Source of the DNA: Gemmatimonadota bacterium
GTDB lineage: Bacteria > Gemmatimonadota > Gemmatimonadetes > Gemmatimonadales > GWC2-71-9
Direction: 5' to 3'
Assembly (NCBI GenBank): GCA_036679605.1
Contig: JAZDCZ010000268.1
Location: 1 to 14,206, forward strand
Length of the DNA: 14,206 nt
The notes below the pieces were generated by a model that saw only the letters and a program-made list of their open reading frames with translations, ran no database searches and was not told where the DNA came from. The position numbers and the translations under genes are program-made. This document shows, one piece after another, positions 1 through 8,779 of the stretch (its first letter is position 1; each line of letters opens with the position of its first letter).

Positions 1-257
1 TCTGTCATGGACGATGCCCAGATGTGCGGTACTCCGCGCCGATCGTACACGACCCGCACTTCTTTGCCTAGCGAGCCGATTTGACCGGAAAACTCTTGGG
101 GAAGCTTGGCAACACGAGCTACGGACCAGATTCCATGCACCGGATCCAGAAACGGTCCGATTGGCGCAAGTGGACCCGCGCCATTGACTCCGATGTAGAT
201 ACCGACGGTCAGGAACGGAATCGCCAATACAAGTCTCAGAAGCGCGATTCGGCTCAT
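1..257 (-). CDS. Penicillin acylase family (peptidase S45, Ntn-hydrolase) protein, N-terminal part; runs off the window edge
   Basis: Not in the ORF track. Manual translation from ATG at 257 is open to the window edge: MSRIALLRLVLAIPFLTVGIYIGVNGAGPLAPIGPFLDPVHGIWSVARVAKLPQEFSGQIGSLGKEVRVVYDRRGVPHIWASSMT... It has an N-terminal hydrophobic anchor and the V-x-V-x-x-D-x-x-GVPHI-x-A motif typical of S45 alpha subunits. It starts 4 nt after the stop of the upstream gene. Confidence 0.85.
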   Translation of the reverse strand, partial: MSRIALLRLVLAIPFLTVGIYIGVNGAGPLAPIGPFLDPVHGIWSVARVAKLPQEFSGQIGSLGKEVRVVYDRRGVPHIWASSMT

Positions 258-261
258 CGCG

Positions 262-1485
262 TCATTCGTTCACAGTTGCCGACCGTACTCGTACTCCTCC
301 GGAGTCACCCACCTCGGTCCAGGCAAACAAGATCTCTTTGCCCGCCAGGATCATGCGAGGGAAACCGCTTGCGCGTCTCTCTGAAGTCTCTGTGACGAGT
401 TGTGCTTCCCCGACCGTGCCGTCGGGACGTGCCGACCGCACTCGTACCTCGGCCGCATCGGAGGTGCGCTCGAGCCAGGATACAACCGCAACACCGCTGG
501 GCAAGAGTTCGATGTCCACCCTACCCAGCGGGTCGCCATCATCAATCCGAATGGGCGAGCTGAAGGAAACTCCCGCGTCGAACGAAAACGCAGCCAGTAC
601 CGTGGACTTTTGATCCGGTGCAGTAAACCACGCTATGGCAACGGTATCACCGTTTGTCGAAAGTTGTGGACCATTTACCGGACATCCCGGATAGTACCAG
701 TTGTCGTCGTGTACCGGTTTGGGATCAGTCCAGACCCCATCGACTTTCCGGACCACTGCGATGTTGCGTATCTCGGCATCGCTGCGATCGCGATATGCTG
801 CCACTACCCCGTTCGCCGTCCTCGCAATAGCCGTCTGGCAACACTCGCACACTCTCTTGTCCAGCAAGACCTCCGGACCCACTGTACCTGTCGCACTCAC
901 CGTGGTCGCTCGGAGGGACATCTCGCCTGTGTCGATGTCGCCGCGCTCATCTGCGGCATCCGCGCTGTTCATATCCCTGCCATCGAGCCAGACCACTTCG
1001 GCCAGGCCGTCCGCACCCTGCACCATCGAAACAAAGCCGTGCTCGCGAGGCGAATCGTCACGATGTGGCACGACTGGCTTGCTCCAAGTCATGCCGCCGT
1101 CATCGGAGAGGGAAAGTTTTACGTGATAGGCATACACGTTGTGAGCCGTCTTTTCGGGCCAATTAACGATCCAGCTTCCGTCCGCCAACTCAACGGATGA
1201 AGGAAGATCGGCCCAATTGACGAAGAACCCTGCCCGGCTCGCCACCGTGTGTGACTCCGACCATCCACTCTGGTCCCGCACTGCAATCATCAACGAGTGG
1301 CGGTCCTCACCAGCGGGCTCGAACCAGGTGAGCAGCACCCTCCCATCTGAGGTCGCAGATAGATTGGGTTCGCCACTGCCCAGCGGTCCGCTGAACTCCG
1401 TTTCACTGATCTGCAATCCGGGCGCCCTGACACCGCATCCAGCGACAAACACAGCGATCAAAACGCCTAATGTCCTCGGCCGCAC
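262..1485 (-). CDS. Asp-box/BNR-repeat (sialidase-like beta-propeller) lipoprotein
   Basis: 407 aa. Lipobox-like VFVAG-C, Asp-box motifs SDDGGMTWS and SFDAGVSFS, conserved-looking NWADLP, CECCQT and GCPVNGP segments. GGAGG lies 4 nt before the GTG start. Confidence 0.8.
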   Translation of the reverse strand: MRPRTLGVLIAVFVAGCGVRAPGLQISETEFSGPLGSGEPNLSATSDGRVLLTWFEPAGEDRHSLMIAVRDQSGWSESHTVASRAGFFVNWADLPSSVELADGSWIVNWPEKTAHNVYAYHVKLSLSDDGGMTWSKPVVPHRDDSPREHGFVSMVQGADGLAEVVWLDGRDMNSADAADERGDIDTGEMSLRATTVSATGTVGPEVLLDKRVCECCQTAIARTANGVVAAYRDRSDAEIRNIAVVRKVDGVWTDPKPVHDDNWYYPGCPVNGPQLSTNGDTVAIAWFTAPDQKSTVLAAFSFDAGVSFSSPIRIDDGDPLGRVDIELLPSGVAVVSWLERTSDAAEVRVRSARPDGTVGEAQLVTETSERRASGFPRMILAGKEILFAWTEVGDSGGVRVRSATVNE

Positions 1486-1540
1486 GTTGCCTCCGATAAA
1501 ATGAGCGTCTGCAAGATATAGTATAGGTGGATACTAGGCG

Positions 1541-1601
1541 AACTGGAGCAAACTGGGCGGTGGAACTGGGCGGTAGATAAAAGGCGGTAGGAAAAGGGCG
1601 G
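1541..1601 (+). repeat. Short degenerate tandem repeat (AACTGGGCGGT x2; GGCGG at ~13-14 nt period x4)
   Basis: AACTGGGCGGT at 1551-1561 and 1564-1574. GGCGG at 1556, 1569, 1583 and 1597. AACTGG also at 1541. Confidence 0.5.
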
Positions 1602-1604
1602 GAG

Positions 1605-2294
1605 CTACAGGGCCTCTCGCAGCCTCTTAATTTCCTCCTTGGCCCAGTCGGCAACCGGATCTTGCGGAAACCGATCCACCAGCCGAGCTAGTTCGGGTAT
1701 CGCCTTCTGCGGAACGTCTAGCTTGCCGGTGTAGATCTCGATGATCTCTTGAGTGATGAGAAGCTCGCGTCCCTTGTCGACCTGGGCATCCGAACGCGCG
1801 CGTTTGAACCAGAACAACGCGTCCTCGTGTTTTTCGAGTTTATCGCGGTACAGCCGAGCGATCCTAACGTACGGTTCGGGATCGTCAGGGAAGTCGGCAC
1901 AGCAAAGCTGGTACGCTGTGACGGCCTCCTCGTAGTGTCCTCTTGCGACCAACGATTCGGGGTAAGAGTACTCTCGCTTAGGTGGCGTTGATTTGCCTGA
2001 AGGGTGGTAGATCGTTCCAGCCACAGCCCCGGCGCCTTCGGAGAAGAGATTCGTCATTGTGAAAGTGAACAAGAAACAGAATAAGAAGGCAAGAACCCCG
2101 ATTGCCGGATTCCATATTTGGGCCCCGAAATTACCTGCGACGGCTCCGATAGCTAGCGACCAACCCACCATCTTGATGGTACGGGCGCGCTTGGCGAGGT
2201 CAACGTCCTTGTCATGCTCGTGCTTCTCGTAGGTCCGCTTGGGTGGCGGCACTCGAGGCTTGGATAGCGGCTTCGGAGCTTCGTCTGGCGTCAT
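1605..2294 (-). CDS. Membrane-anchored TPR-repeat protein (two TM helices plus C-terminal TPRs)
   Basis: Hydrophobic segments MVGWSLAIGAVAGNFG and IGVLAFLFCFLFTFTM are followed by TPR-like helices (GHYEEAVTAYQ, EPYVRIARLY, KHEDALFWFKRA, PQKAIPELARLVDRFP). ATG 2294 is preferred over 2438, whose extension would fill nearly the whole divergent intergenic region with gltA. The start is uncertain. Confidence 0.7.
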   Translation of the reverse strand: MTPDEAPKPLSKPRVPPPKRTYEKHEHDKDVDLAKRARTIKMVGWSLAIGAVAGNFGAQIWNPAIGVLAFLFCFLFTFTMTNLFSEGAGAVAGTIYHPSGKSTPPKREYSYPESLVARGHYEEAVTAYQLCCADFPDDPEPYVRIARLYRDKLEKHEDALFWFKRARSDAQVDKGRELLITQEIIEIYTGKLDVPQKAIPELARLVDRFPQDPVADWAKEEIKRLREAL

Positions 2295-2454
2295 AGCGGC
2301 ACGACCGAATTTCGAGAAGATGAAAACTACGCCCCGGGTCGTAGCGCGGTAAGAGCCTTGCCGAACCGGACGGCCGCGGCCGATCACGCCTGACGCCTTG
2401 CCGATCCCCTGAGTATCTTTAGGCCCGCTTACGAACAATCAGATTGAGGAAACA

Positions 2455-3741
2455 GTGTCTAAAGATTCACTCGCGATAACGGACAACCGGACCGGTAAGA
2501 GCTACGAACTCCCGATCGAGGATGGGACGATTCGGGCTTTGGATCTCCGACAGATCAAGACGGACGACAACGACTTTGGGCTCATGACCTACGATCCCGG
2601 TTTTACCAACACGGCGTCTTGCAAGAGCAAGATCACATATATCGACGGCGAGAAGGGAATCCTACGGTATCGCGGCTACCCCATAGAACAACTCGCAGAG
2701 CGCGGTACTTTTCTGGGAGTCGCCTACCTGTTGTTGCACGGGGAGTTGCCGATGACTGCGCAGCTCGCCGATTGGACCCACGACATCACGCATCACACGT
2801 TCCTACACGAGAACGTAAAGAAATTCATGGACGGGTTCCGCTACGACGGACACCCGATGGGAGTATTCGTCAGCACGGTGGCTGCACTGTCCACCTTCTA
2901 TAAGGACGCGAAACGAATTAGAGAGGAAGACTGTCGCCGCCACCAACTACACCGGCTGATCGCGAAGACACCCACCATAGCCGCGTTTGCATACCGGCAC
3001 ATCACGGGACTGCCGTACGTGTACCCGGACAACGATCTCTCCTATACGGGCAACTTCTTGAGCATGATGTTCAAGACGAGCGAGGCGAAGTACGAGCCCA
3101 ACCCCGTGTTAGAGCGAGCGCTCGATGTGTTGTTCATCCTCCACGCCGATCACGAGCAGAACTGCTCGGCGAGTGTGATGCGCAGCGTGGGGTCGAGCGA
3201 GGCGGACCCATACTCATGCATGGCCGGGGCCGCAGCGGCACTGTACGGGCCGCTCCACGGCGGCGCCAACGAACAGGTACTTCGTATGCTGGGGGAGATC
3301 GGGAGCACAAAGAACATTCCCGCCTACCTGAAGAAGGTACGGAACAAGGAAGTGAGACTGATGGGCTTCGGCCATCGGGTATATAAGAACTACGATCCGC
3401 GGGCCAAGATCATCAAGCAGGTAGCCGACGAGGTATTCGAGGTAACGGGCCGCAACCCGCTCATCGACATAGCTCTCGAGTTGGAGCGCATCGCGTTGGA
3501 AGACGAATACTTCGTCTCACACAAGCTCTACCCCAACGTCGACTTCTATTCAGGGATCATCTATCAGGCAATGGGACTGCCGGTGGACATGTATCCGGTC
3601 CTGTTCGCGATCGGTAGGACGCCGGGCTGGCTCGCCCAGTGGGAAGAGATGCTGCAGGACAAGGAGCAGCGCATCGCGCGTCCGCGTCAGATCTATCTGG
3701 GAAGTGGCGAACGGGACTTCGTGGCATTGACCGATCGGTGA
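2455..3741 (+). CDS. gltA: Citrate synthase
   Basis: 428 aa with YDPGF, ITYIDG-GILRYRGY, LHADHEQN, GPLHGGANE, LMGFGHRVYKNYDPRA and YPNVDFYSG motifs. GAGGA precedes the GTG start. Confidence 0.97.
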   Translation: MSKDSLAITDNRTGKSYELPIEDGTIRALDLRQIKTDDNDFGLMTYDPGFTNTASCKSKITYIDGEKGILRYRGYPIEQLAERGTFLGVAYLLLHGELPMTAQLADWTHDITHHTFLHENVKKFMDGFRYDGHPMGVFVSTVAALSTFYKDAKRIREEDCRRHQLHRLIAKTPTIAAFAYRHITGLPYVYPDNDLSYTGNFLSMMFKTSEAKYEPNPVLERALDVLFILHADHEQNCSASVMRSVGSSEADPYSCMAGAAAALYGPLHGGANEQVLRMLGEIGSTKNIPAYLKKVRNKEVRLMGFGHRVYKNYDPRAKIIKQVADEVFEVTGRNPLIDIALELERIALEDEYFVSHKLYPNVDFYSGIIYQAMGLPVDMYPVLFAIGRTPGWLAQWEEMLQDKEQRIARPRQIYLGSGERDFVALTDR

Positions 3742-3750
3742 TGTAGGTCC

Positions 3751-5544
3751 TCAGAACCGACCAATCTTGCGCAACGCCTTCTCGAGTTCCCCCCGAACCT
3801 GCTGTAAGTCAGCGAGCTGACTCCCCAGCCGTTGCTCTACATTGGCCTGGAGCAAAGCCACCTTTGACTGCGCTTCATCTGCTCGGCTCCCAACCAAACG
3901 ATCGACCTGAGCCCGCATCTGACCTCTTGCGCGGTTGATCTCGGCTCCAAGCTGCTGCTTGAGGCTGCTTGCAATAGCACGTCCGATGTTGGAGCCGATC
4001 CGTAACGATGGTCTGCGCGGGGAGCCGGAAAATCGTACGTCTATGGTCACGTTTCGCAGCGCCGAGACTGTGCGCCACAGAAAACCCTGCACCAGATTGT
4101 CTGCTGAGGCCCCTTCGCTTCTCGCCCATGTCGCTTCGTTCGATCTCCACAGCCAGCGGCCGGAGATGCTGTCCCCTCTCATCGAAAACGCAAGTTCGCT
4201 GCCGCCTTCGCCTAGATCGAGTCGTGCCCCCACCCCACTTAGTTCCAACGGAGGAAGCGCCAGCCCCGTAAGAGACAGCGACACTGAATCATGTATCTGT
4301 GATCCGGTATGATCCAGCAGAGCATCGAGCTTGATACCGCGTGGCCCCGCTGTGCCGGCTGCGCGTTGCAATGACGCCGTGAGAGGTTTTCCGTAGATTG
4401 CCGGTTCGGTGGTCAAGCCTGCGATGCGCGCCGAGTAACGACCCGCCGCCACACCCTCCCCTGCGATCTCCAAGTCCAGATCAGCCGACTCCAGTAGGAA
4501 CTGCGGGTACTCCTCCTGGCCCGGGAACGTGACAGTCGTGCCTGCCTGCCTAGCTCGTTTGGGTCCGGCAGCGCTTCGCGGATCCAAACCCGGCGGGAGA
4601 TACTCCGCCGCGCGATTCATCCAGTAGAGAACGGGTTTGATTCGCGACACCGCCATCTCACCAAAGATGCTGGGAGACACATCAGGTGAATTGAGCGACG
4701 GTAGTTTGAGAAGGCCCCACGCGTACTGATAGTCGGCCTGCCGAGCCGATGCTAGCTCCGTTGCACGAACTCTCAGCTGAGTCATACCCGACCGCACCGT
4801 GCTGTCTAGTGCGGTGAGCCTGCCCTGCAATCGGTTGATAGATGTAATCGTGTTCGGACCGGAGGCTAACAGCCGGGCTCCACCAGCTAGTCCCAGCGTA
4901 AGTGGATTGGCGCCGTTCAGTTCGGCCACGAGTTTGCGTGAAGAGTCTATCAACGACGTCGGATCTAGGTCGTTCAGCTGGCCCTCCCACACACGGCGCG
5001 CCGAGTCGGCAAAAGCCGTCGTCGCTCGTGCCGCGGCCAACGTTTTCAGATTACCCTCTCTTATAGCGGTGACATCTACGGTCTGGCCAATGCCCGCTAG
5101 GGTAAGCGGCGGGACCTTGATGCTATTCGCCCAGCCGGAAAGTTCGCGCGCCAATCGGCCCGACCCCGGTCGTGGGTTATCGAGTTTACCTGAGGTTGTG
5201 CGAGCGGTGCCAAAGCGCAGTCCGCGCAGTGCGGCTTCTTGTATCACTACCTTCTTTTTCAACAGTGGCGCCATACGCACGTCGGCCACAAACTCATCGG
5301 CCTCGAAGAGATTGCTCATCGGCGAATCCGGATTCGCGGCAGCCACACCGGACAGGCGTACCCTGCCCTCAGCCAAGTCCACGTCCGCCGATTCGATATC
5401 GAACTTGGCACCCAATAGCTCCGCCCCGAGGTCTTCGATCGTATGCTCTACCAGCGTATCGAGAAAGAGCAACCAGCCGGCACCAAGGATCGCCAACAGT
5501 AGTGAGAGCGGCGCAATCGCCCGCCAACGGAAAAGGTTCTTCAT
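3751..5544 (-). CDS. TIGR03545 family protein (AsmA-like N-terminus, single N-terminal anchor)
   Basis: 597 aa with an N-terminal TM, an AsmA-like segment (LLGAKFDIE...NPDSPMSNLFEA...PLLKKKVVI...GLRFGT-R) and a coiled-coil C-terminus. It lies 1 nt downstream of the TIGR03546-like gene, the known two-gene arrangement. Family assigned by recognition, not by search. Confidence 0.75.
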   Translation of the reverse strand: MKNLFRWRAIAPLSLLLAILGAGWLLFLDTLVEHTIEDLGAELLGAKFDIESADVDLAEGRVRLSGVAAANPDSPMSNLFEADEFVADVRMAPLLKKKVVIQEAALRGLRFGTARTTSGKLDNPRPGSGRLARELSGWANSIKVPPLTLAGIGQTVDVTAIREGNLKTLAAARATTAFADSARRVWEGQLNDLDPTSLIDSSRKLVAELNGANPLTLGLAGGARLLASGPNTITSINRLQGRLTALDSTVRSGMTQLRVRATELASARQADYQYAWGLLKLPSLNSPDVSPSIFGEMAVSRIKPVLYWMNRAAEYLPPGLDPRSAAGPKRARQAGTTVTFPGQEEYPQFLLESADLDLEIAGEGVAAGRYSARIAGLTTEPAIYGKPLTASLQRAAGTAGPRGIKLDALLDHTGSQIHDSVSLSLTGLALPPLELSGVGARLDLGEGGSELAFSMRGDSISGRWLWRSNEATWARSEGASADNLVQGFLWRTVSALRNVTIDVRFSGSPRRPSLRIGSNIGRAIASSLKQQLGAEINRARGQMRAQVDRLVGSRADEAQSKVALLQANVEQRLGSQLADLQQVRGELEKALRKIGRF

Positions 5545-5545
5545 C

Positions 5546-6064
5546 TCATTCGGGTCGGAAAAGGCGATAGATGTTGTAGATCTTGGATGCTCTTAGAGCC
5601 TTAAACGCCTTCCACTCCTGTATCCTAGCGTACACGGTGGCCCTGTATGTCGCTATTCCCCAGCGTGCCAAGAAATACAGCGGGACGCTCACAGCTATCC
5701 AAAACACTAGACTGCCCAGGACGATCGAATTGTTGAGGTTTGCTATTGCAATAACTGGGGCGTTTGTGATCGACGTCCAGAGTGGCCTGAGCGCCAGCAT
5801 CTCCAGCATCCGGACTCCCATTGAATCGAATAGCGGGTCCAGTGCGAATCCTGCGGGAACCGAAACCATCCACCCCAACATCACCGCAGGAAGGGACACT
5901 CGTAGCAAGACCACCACTGCCAAGATGATCAAGTTGTGCAGGTTGATTAGAGGAGTGAGTCCGAAGACGCTTCCGACGGCGATGCCCGCCGCGGCTTGGC
6001 CGGGTGTGCCGTCGGAATTGAGCGTGGCGATCAGTTTTTGGACAAACTTGAGCAGCAGATACAT
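5546..6064 (-). CDS. TIGR03546 family (DUF2062-related) membrane protein
   Basis: 172 aa, hydrophobic, with LNSDGTPGQ, GLTPL-NLHN, LDPLFD-G and NLNNSIVLGSL motifs. GAGG RBS. Confidence 0.8.
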   Translation of the reverse strand: MYLLLKFVQKLIATLNSDGTPGQAAAGIAVGSVFGLTPLINLHNLIILAVVVLLRVSLPAVMLGWMVSVPAGFALDPLFDSMGVRMLEMLALRPLWTSITNAPVIAIANLNNSIVLGSLVFWIAVSVPLYFLARWGIATYRATVYARIQEWKAFKALRASKIYNIYRLFRPE

Positions 6065-6190
6065 GCCTCAAAGGTTTGTCGCGTGTCCGCCCCTTGTCCA
6101 GGGGTACCGGCCGCCAGCGACATTGCTTCCCATTTCATACCTGTGGGAGTTACTCTAGGAAAATGGCCACTCTAGCGAACTGAGGTTTTT

Positions 6191-7096
6191 GTGCGCGTAT
6201 TCCTGACCGGCGGCACGGGTTTCATAGGCCAACACCTAGTGCGCAGTCTGGTGGAGCGCGGCGATGAGTGCACCATCATATCGCGTAGCGGTCGAGACCC
6301 GTGGCAACACGACCGTGTCCATGTCATGAGGGCCGATCCCACCGAGCCCGGTAGTTGGCAGAAGGAAGTATCGCACGCAGACGCAGTCGTCAACCTCGCG
6401 GGCAAGCGCATCGTCGATCCACCGTGCAGATGGACCGGTGCCAGAAAACGGGCGCTTCGCGATTCCCGGATCAAGACCACACGAAATCTGGCTGACGCAA
6501 TTCGCCAAGCGGCCGATCCTCCGGCGGTCTTCGTAAGCGGATCGGCGATCGGTTACTACGGGTCGCGCGGTGACGAAGTGCTTGATGAATCGTCCCATGG
6601 CGGCGATGACTTCCTGGCCCGGCTGTGCGCGGACTGGGAGGAAGCCGCCCTCGAGGTAAGGGATGTAGCACCCGTCACTCTAGTCCGCAGCGGCATCGTT
6701 CTAGGCAGCAACGGAGGTGCGCTCGCTTCTCTGCTGCCAGTTTTCAAGATCGGACTCGGCGGACCCTGGGGGGCAGGTGGGCAGTGGTGGTCTTGGATTC
6801 ACGTTGTAGATGAAGTAGCGCTAATCCGTCTGGCGATAGATCGGCGAATATCCGGCACAGTCAACCTCACGGCACCCAACCCTGTAACCGTCAATGAGTT
6901 TGCTGCCGCGTTGGGCCGAGTACTGAAGCGACCCGCTTTGCTTAGGGTACCGGAATGGCTAATGCGGATTGGATTGGGCGAGGCGGCTATTGCGTTGCTG
7001 GATCTTCAGCGGGTACTGCCGCGTAGCGCGATGGATGCCAAGTACGAGTTTCGCTTTGGGTCGATCGACGCGGCCCTAGCTGACCTTCTGCTTTGA
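6191..7096 (+). CDS. TIGR01777 family NAD(P)-dependent epimerase-like oxidoreductase (YfcH-like, SDR39U1-like)
   Basis: TGGTGFIG Rossmann motif, VVNLAG, SRI-TT, SGSAIGYYG, DFLARLC-DWE, GLGGPWG-G-QWWSWIH, NLTAPNPV. GAGG RBS before GTG. Confidence 0.92.
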   Translation: MRVFLTGGTGFIGQHLVRSLVERGDECTIISRSGRDPWQHDRVHVMRADPTEPGSWQKEVSHADAVVNLAGKRIVDPPCRWTGARKRALRDSRIKTTRNLADAIRQAADPPAVFVSGSAIGYYGSRGDEVLDESSHGGDDFLARLCADWEEAALEVRDVAPVTLVRSGIVLGSNGGALASLLPVFKIGLGGPWGAGGQWWSWIHVVDEVALIRLAIDRRISGTVNLTAPNPVTVNEFAAALGRVLKRPALLRVPEWLMRIGLGEAAIALLDLQRVLPRSAMDAKYEFRFGSIDAALADLLL

Positions 7097-7105
7097 AACG
7101 GGCTG

Positions 7106-7399
7106 CTACAGAACCTTCCAAGCCGAGTCTCGACGCTCGGTCAGCCCGCGTCGTTCCGCAAGGCGGCGGGTCGTGCCACGACGATCATCTACTCTGCGAA
7201 CAACCGCTTCGCGGCGATCATCCATCACCCGATGGTCGTTCGCCACAGCACTCGACGCCATCCTACGATCCTGTATTCGGCGAACAACTGCGTAGCGGCG
7301 ATCGTCGGTCCGGCGGTCGTCCCGTTGTCGTCGGGGGCTAAAACGGCGACCATCATTGGATTTGGAGCCTCTACCTGCTCCGCCTATTTCCTGTTCCAT
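7106..7399 (-). CDS. Small arginine-rich protein with tandem [D/E]RR repeats (97 aa)
   Basis: MEQEIGG...DGRRFSPRRQRDDRRTDDRRYAVVRRIQDRR...DDRREAVVRRVDDRRGTTRRLAERRGLTERRDSAWKVL. ATG 7399 has GAAGGGG upstream and a promoter-like element at 7452-7479, which favours it over the 7558 start in the ORF track. Confidence 0.6.
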   Translation of the reverse strand: MEQEIGGAGRGSKSNDGRRFSPRRQRDDRRTDDRRYAVVRRIQDRRMASSAVANDHRVMDDRREAVVRRVDDRRGTTRRLAERRGLTERRDSAWKVL

Positions 7400-7451
7400 A
7401 ACAAGTGCCCCTTCAAACATGAAGACTTGAGAGCGCTGATGCTCGGGCAAC

Positions 7452-7479
7452 AAGCTAAAGCCCATTAGAAATATGGCAA
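7452..7479 (-). promoter_or_regulatory. Putative sigma70-type promoter for the DRR-repeat gene
   Basis: TTGCCA-N16-TAGCTT on the minus strand. It has the same -35 hexamer and spacing as the candidate promoter of the DAHP synthase leader. Confidence 0.45.
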
Positions 7480-7554
7480 GGGTCGTACCGTGCGCGGGGA
7501 GTTGTTCGGGGATAATTGCGGTCAAGGAGATCGACTGTCTCGACTGCGGGTGGA

Positions 7555-7845
7555 TCAACCTCCGGTGAGGCGCTTCACATCCTTCGCGCCGTGCAAAACA
7601 CCGGCGCCGATACCAACGCCGATCCCAAGTCCAAAAAAGACAGCTGACAGACCACCTATTAGGGGCAAGAGGCTCACCACAGGAATCGTGAGCAACCCCA
7701 CTGCCCCTCCAGCTACTAGCGGTGCCATAGGATTGTTTACTGCGTCTACAAACCGCAGTCGGCGTCTAACGAACTGCCGAGTTTTGATATAGCCATAGAT
7801 TGCAGCGGCGCCCGTCAGACCCATCCAGGCAATCAATCCGAACAT
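7555..7845 (-). CDS. Small Gly-rich membrane protein, hypothetical (96 aa, ~3 hydrophobic segments)
   Basis: Strong GAGGAGG RBS. N-terminal TM, basic RQFVRRRLRFVDAV linker, then two Gly-rich hydrophobic helices. Confidence 0.8.
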   Translation of the reverse strand: MFGLIAWMGLTGAAAIYGYIKTRQFVRRRLRFVDAVNNPMAPLVAGGAVGLLTIPVVSLLPLIGGLSAVFFGLGIGVGIGAGVLHGAKDVKRLTGG

Positions 7846-7868
7846 GGTTGTACCTCCTCATGTCTCAT

Positions 7869-7895
7869 GACGAAACATTCATGTCGAAAGTTTCA
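7869..7895 (-). promoter_or_regulatory. Putative ECF-sigma promoter
   Basis: TGAAAC-(TTT...)N17-CGTC on the minus strand, starting 1 nt after the nadC stop and ending 23 nt before the ATG at 7845. It matches the general AAC/CGT ECF promoter pattern. Confidence 0.55.
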
Positions 7896-7896
7896 G

Positions 7897-8766
7897 CTAC
7901 TTGGAATCGATATCCAGTGCTACGTCTGCCGACCTGACACTATGTGTTAGAGCCCCTACCGACACAAAATCCGCCCCAGCAACTGCGTAATTCCGTACAT
8001 CCTCCAGTACGATGCCTCCGGTAGCCTCGACTTCGATGTCCGAATTCAAGCCTCGGGCGATCTCACACCAATGCGATAGAGTAGCAGGAGTTTGATTGTC
8101 CACAAGGAGCCGAGTAGCTCCTGCCGATACCGCCAATTCGACCTGATCGGTTGTCTCTACTTCAATGTAGATAGACGTTACTCCGCGGCCCCGTGCGCGT
8201 CCGACGAATTCGCTCAGATCCCTGCCCCGCGCAGCCAACGCACTCCAATGATTGTCTTTGAAGAGTATCTGACTTCCGAGATCCACACGATGCAGCGACC
8301 CTCCGCCCGAAAGCACGGCACTCACATCGAGCCTGCGGAGCCCCGGCGCAGTTTTTCGCGTGTGAAGGATACGACATGTGGTACCTGCGACGGCGTTCAC
8401 GAAACTTCGGGTCATCGTCGCCACGCCACACGCGCGCTGCAGCAGATTGAGCAATGGACGTTCGGCGCGCAGCATCCGAGCGAGATCACCGTGCATCGTT
8501 CCGATGGTCGCACCCGACGGCACCACCGATCCGTCTTTCATCTTCCACTCTATCGGGTCACAATCACAGACGTGCGCTACGGCGTCGGCGTATGGCAGTC
8601 CTGCCACCACACCACCGCTTCGAAATACGAGCAGGCCCCTAGCAACCAAGCCCTGGGCCTGCGCAAGCTCACTGGTGATATCTGTGGGACCGTCTTCAGC
8701 GACGGCACGTTGTGCTACAACCCTTGCATCCTTCGCGATGTCCGGCAGCTCAGGGGAAGACGTCAT
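7897..8766 (-). CDS. nadC: Nicotinate-nucleotide pyrophosphorylase (quinolinate phosphoribosyltransferase)
   Basis: AER-LLNLLQ, TRKTAPGLR, HR-DL, KDNH, IEVE, LVDN, EATGGI and SVGALTHS motifs. Adjacent to nadA (13-nt gap). Confidence 0.95.
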   Translation of the reverse strand: MTSSPELPDIAKDARVVAQRAVAEDGPTDITSELAQAQGLVARGLLVFRSGGVVAGLPYADAVAHVCDCDPIEWKMKDGSVVPSGATIGTMHGDLARMLRAERPLLNLLQRACGVATMTRSFVNAVAGTTCRILHTRKTAPGLRRLDVSAVLSGGGSLHRVDLGSQILFKDNHWSALAARGRDLSEFVGRARGRGVTSIYIEVETTDQVELAVSAGATRLLVDNQTPATLSHWCEIARGLNSDIEVEATGGIVLEDVRNYAVAGADFVSVGALTHSVRSADVALDIDSK

Positions 8767-8779
8767 GGCCGAGATCGCC

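Noticed and set aside
7400..7558. N-terminal extension of the DRR protein (150-aa version)
   Set aside because: The extension covers a promoter-like element and lacks the repeat character, while ATG 7399 has its own RBS. Not fully excluded, because the 7558 start overlaps the upstream stop codon.
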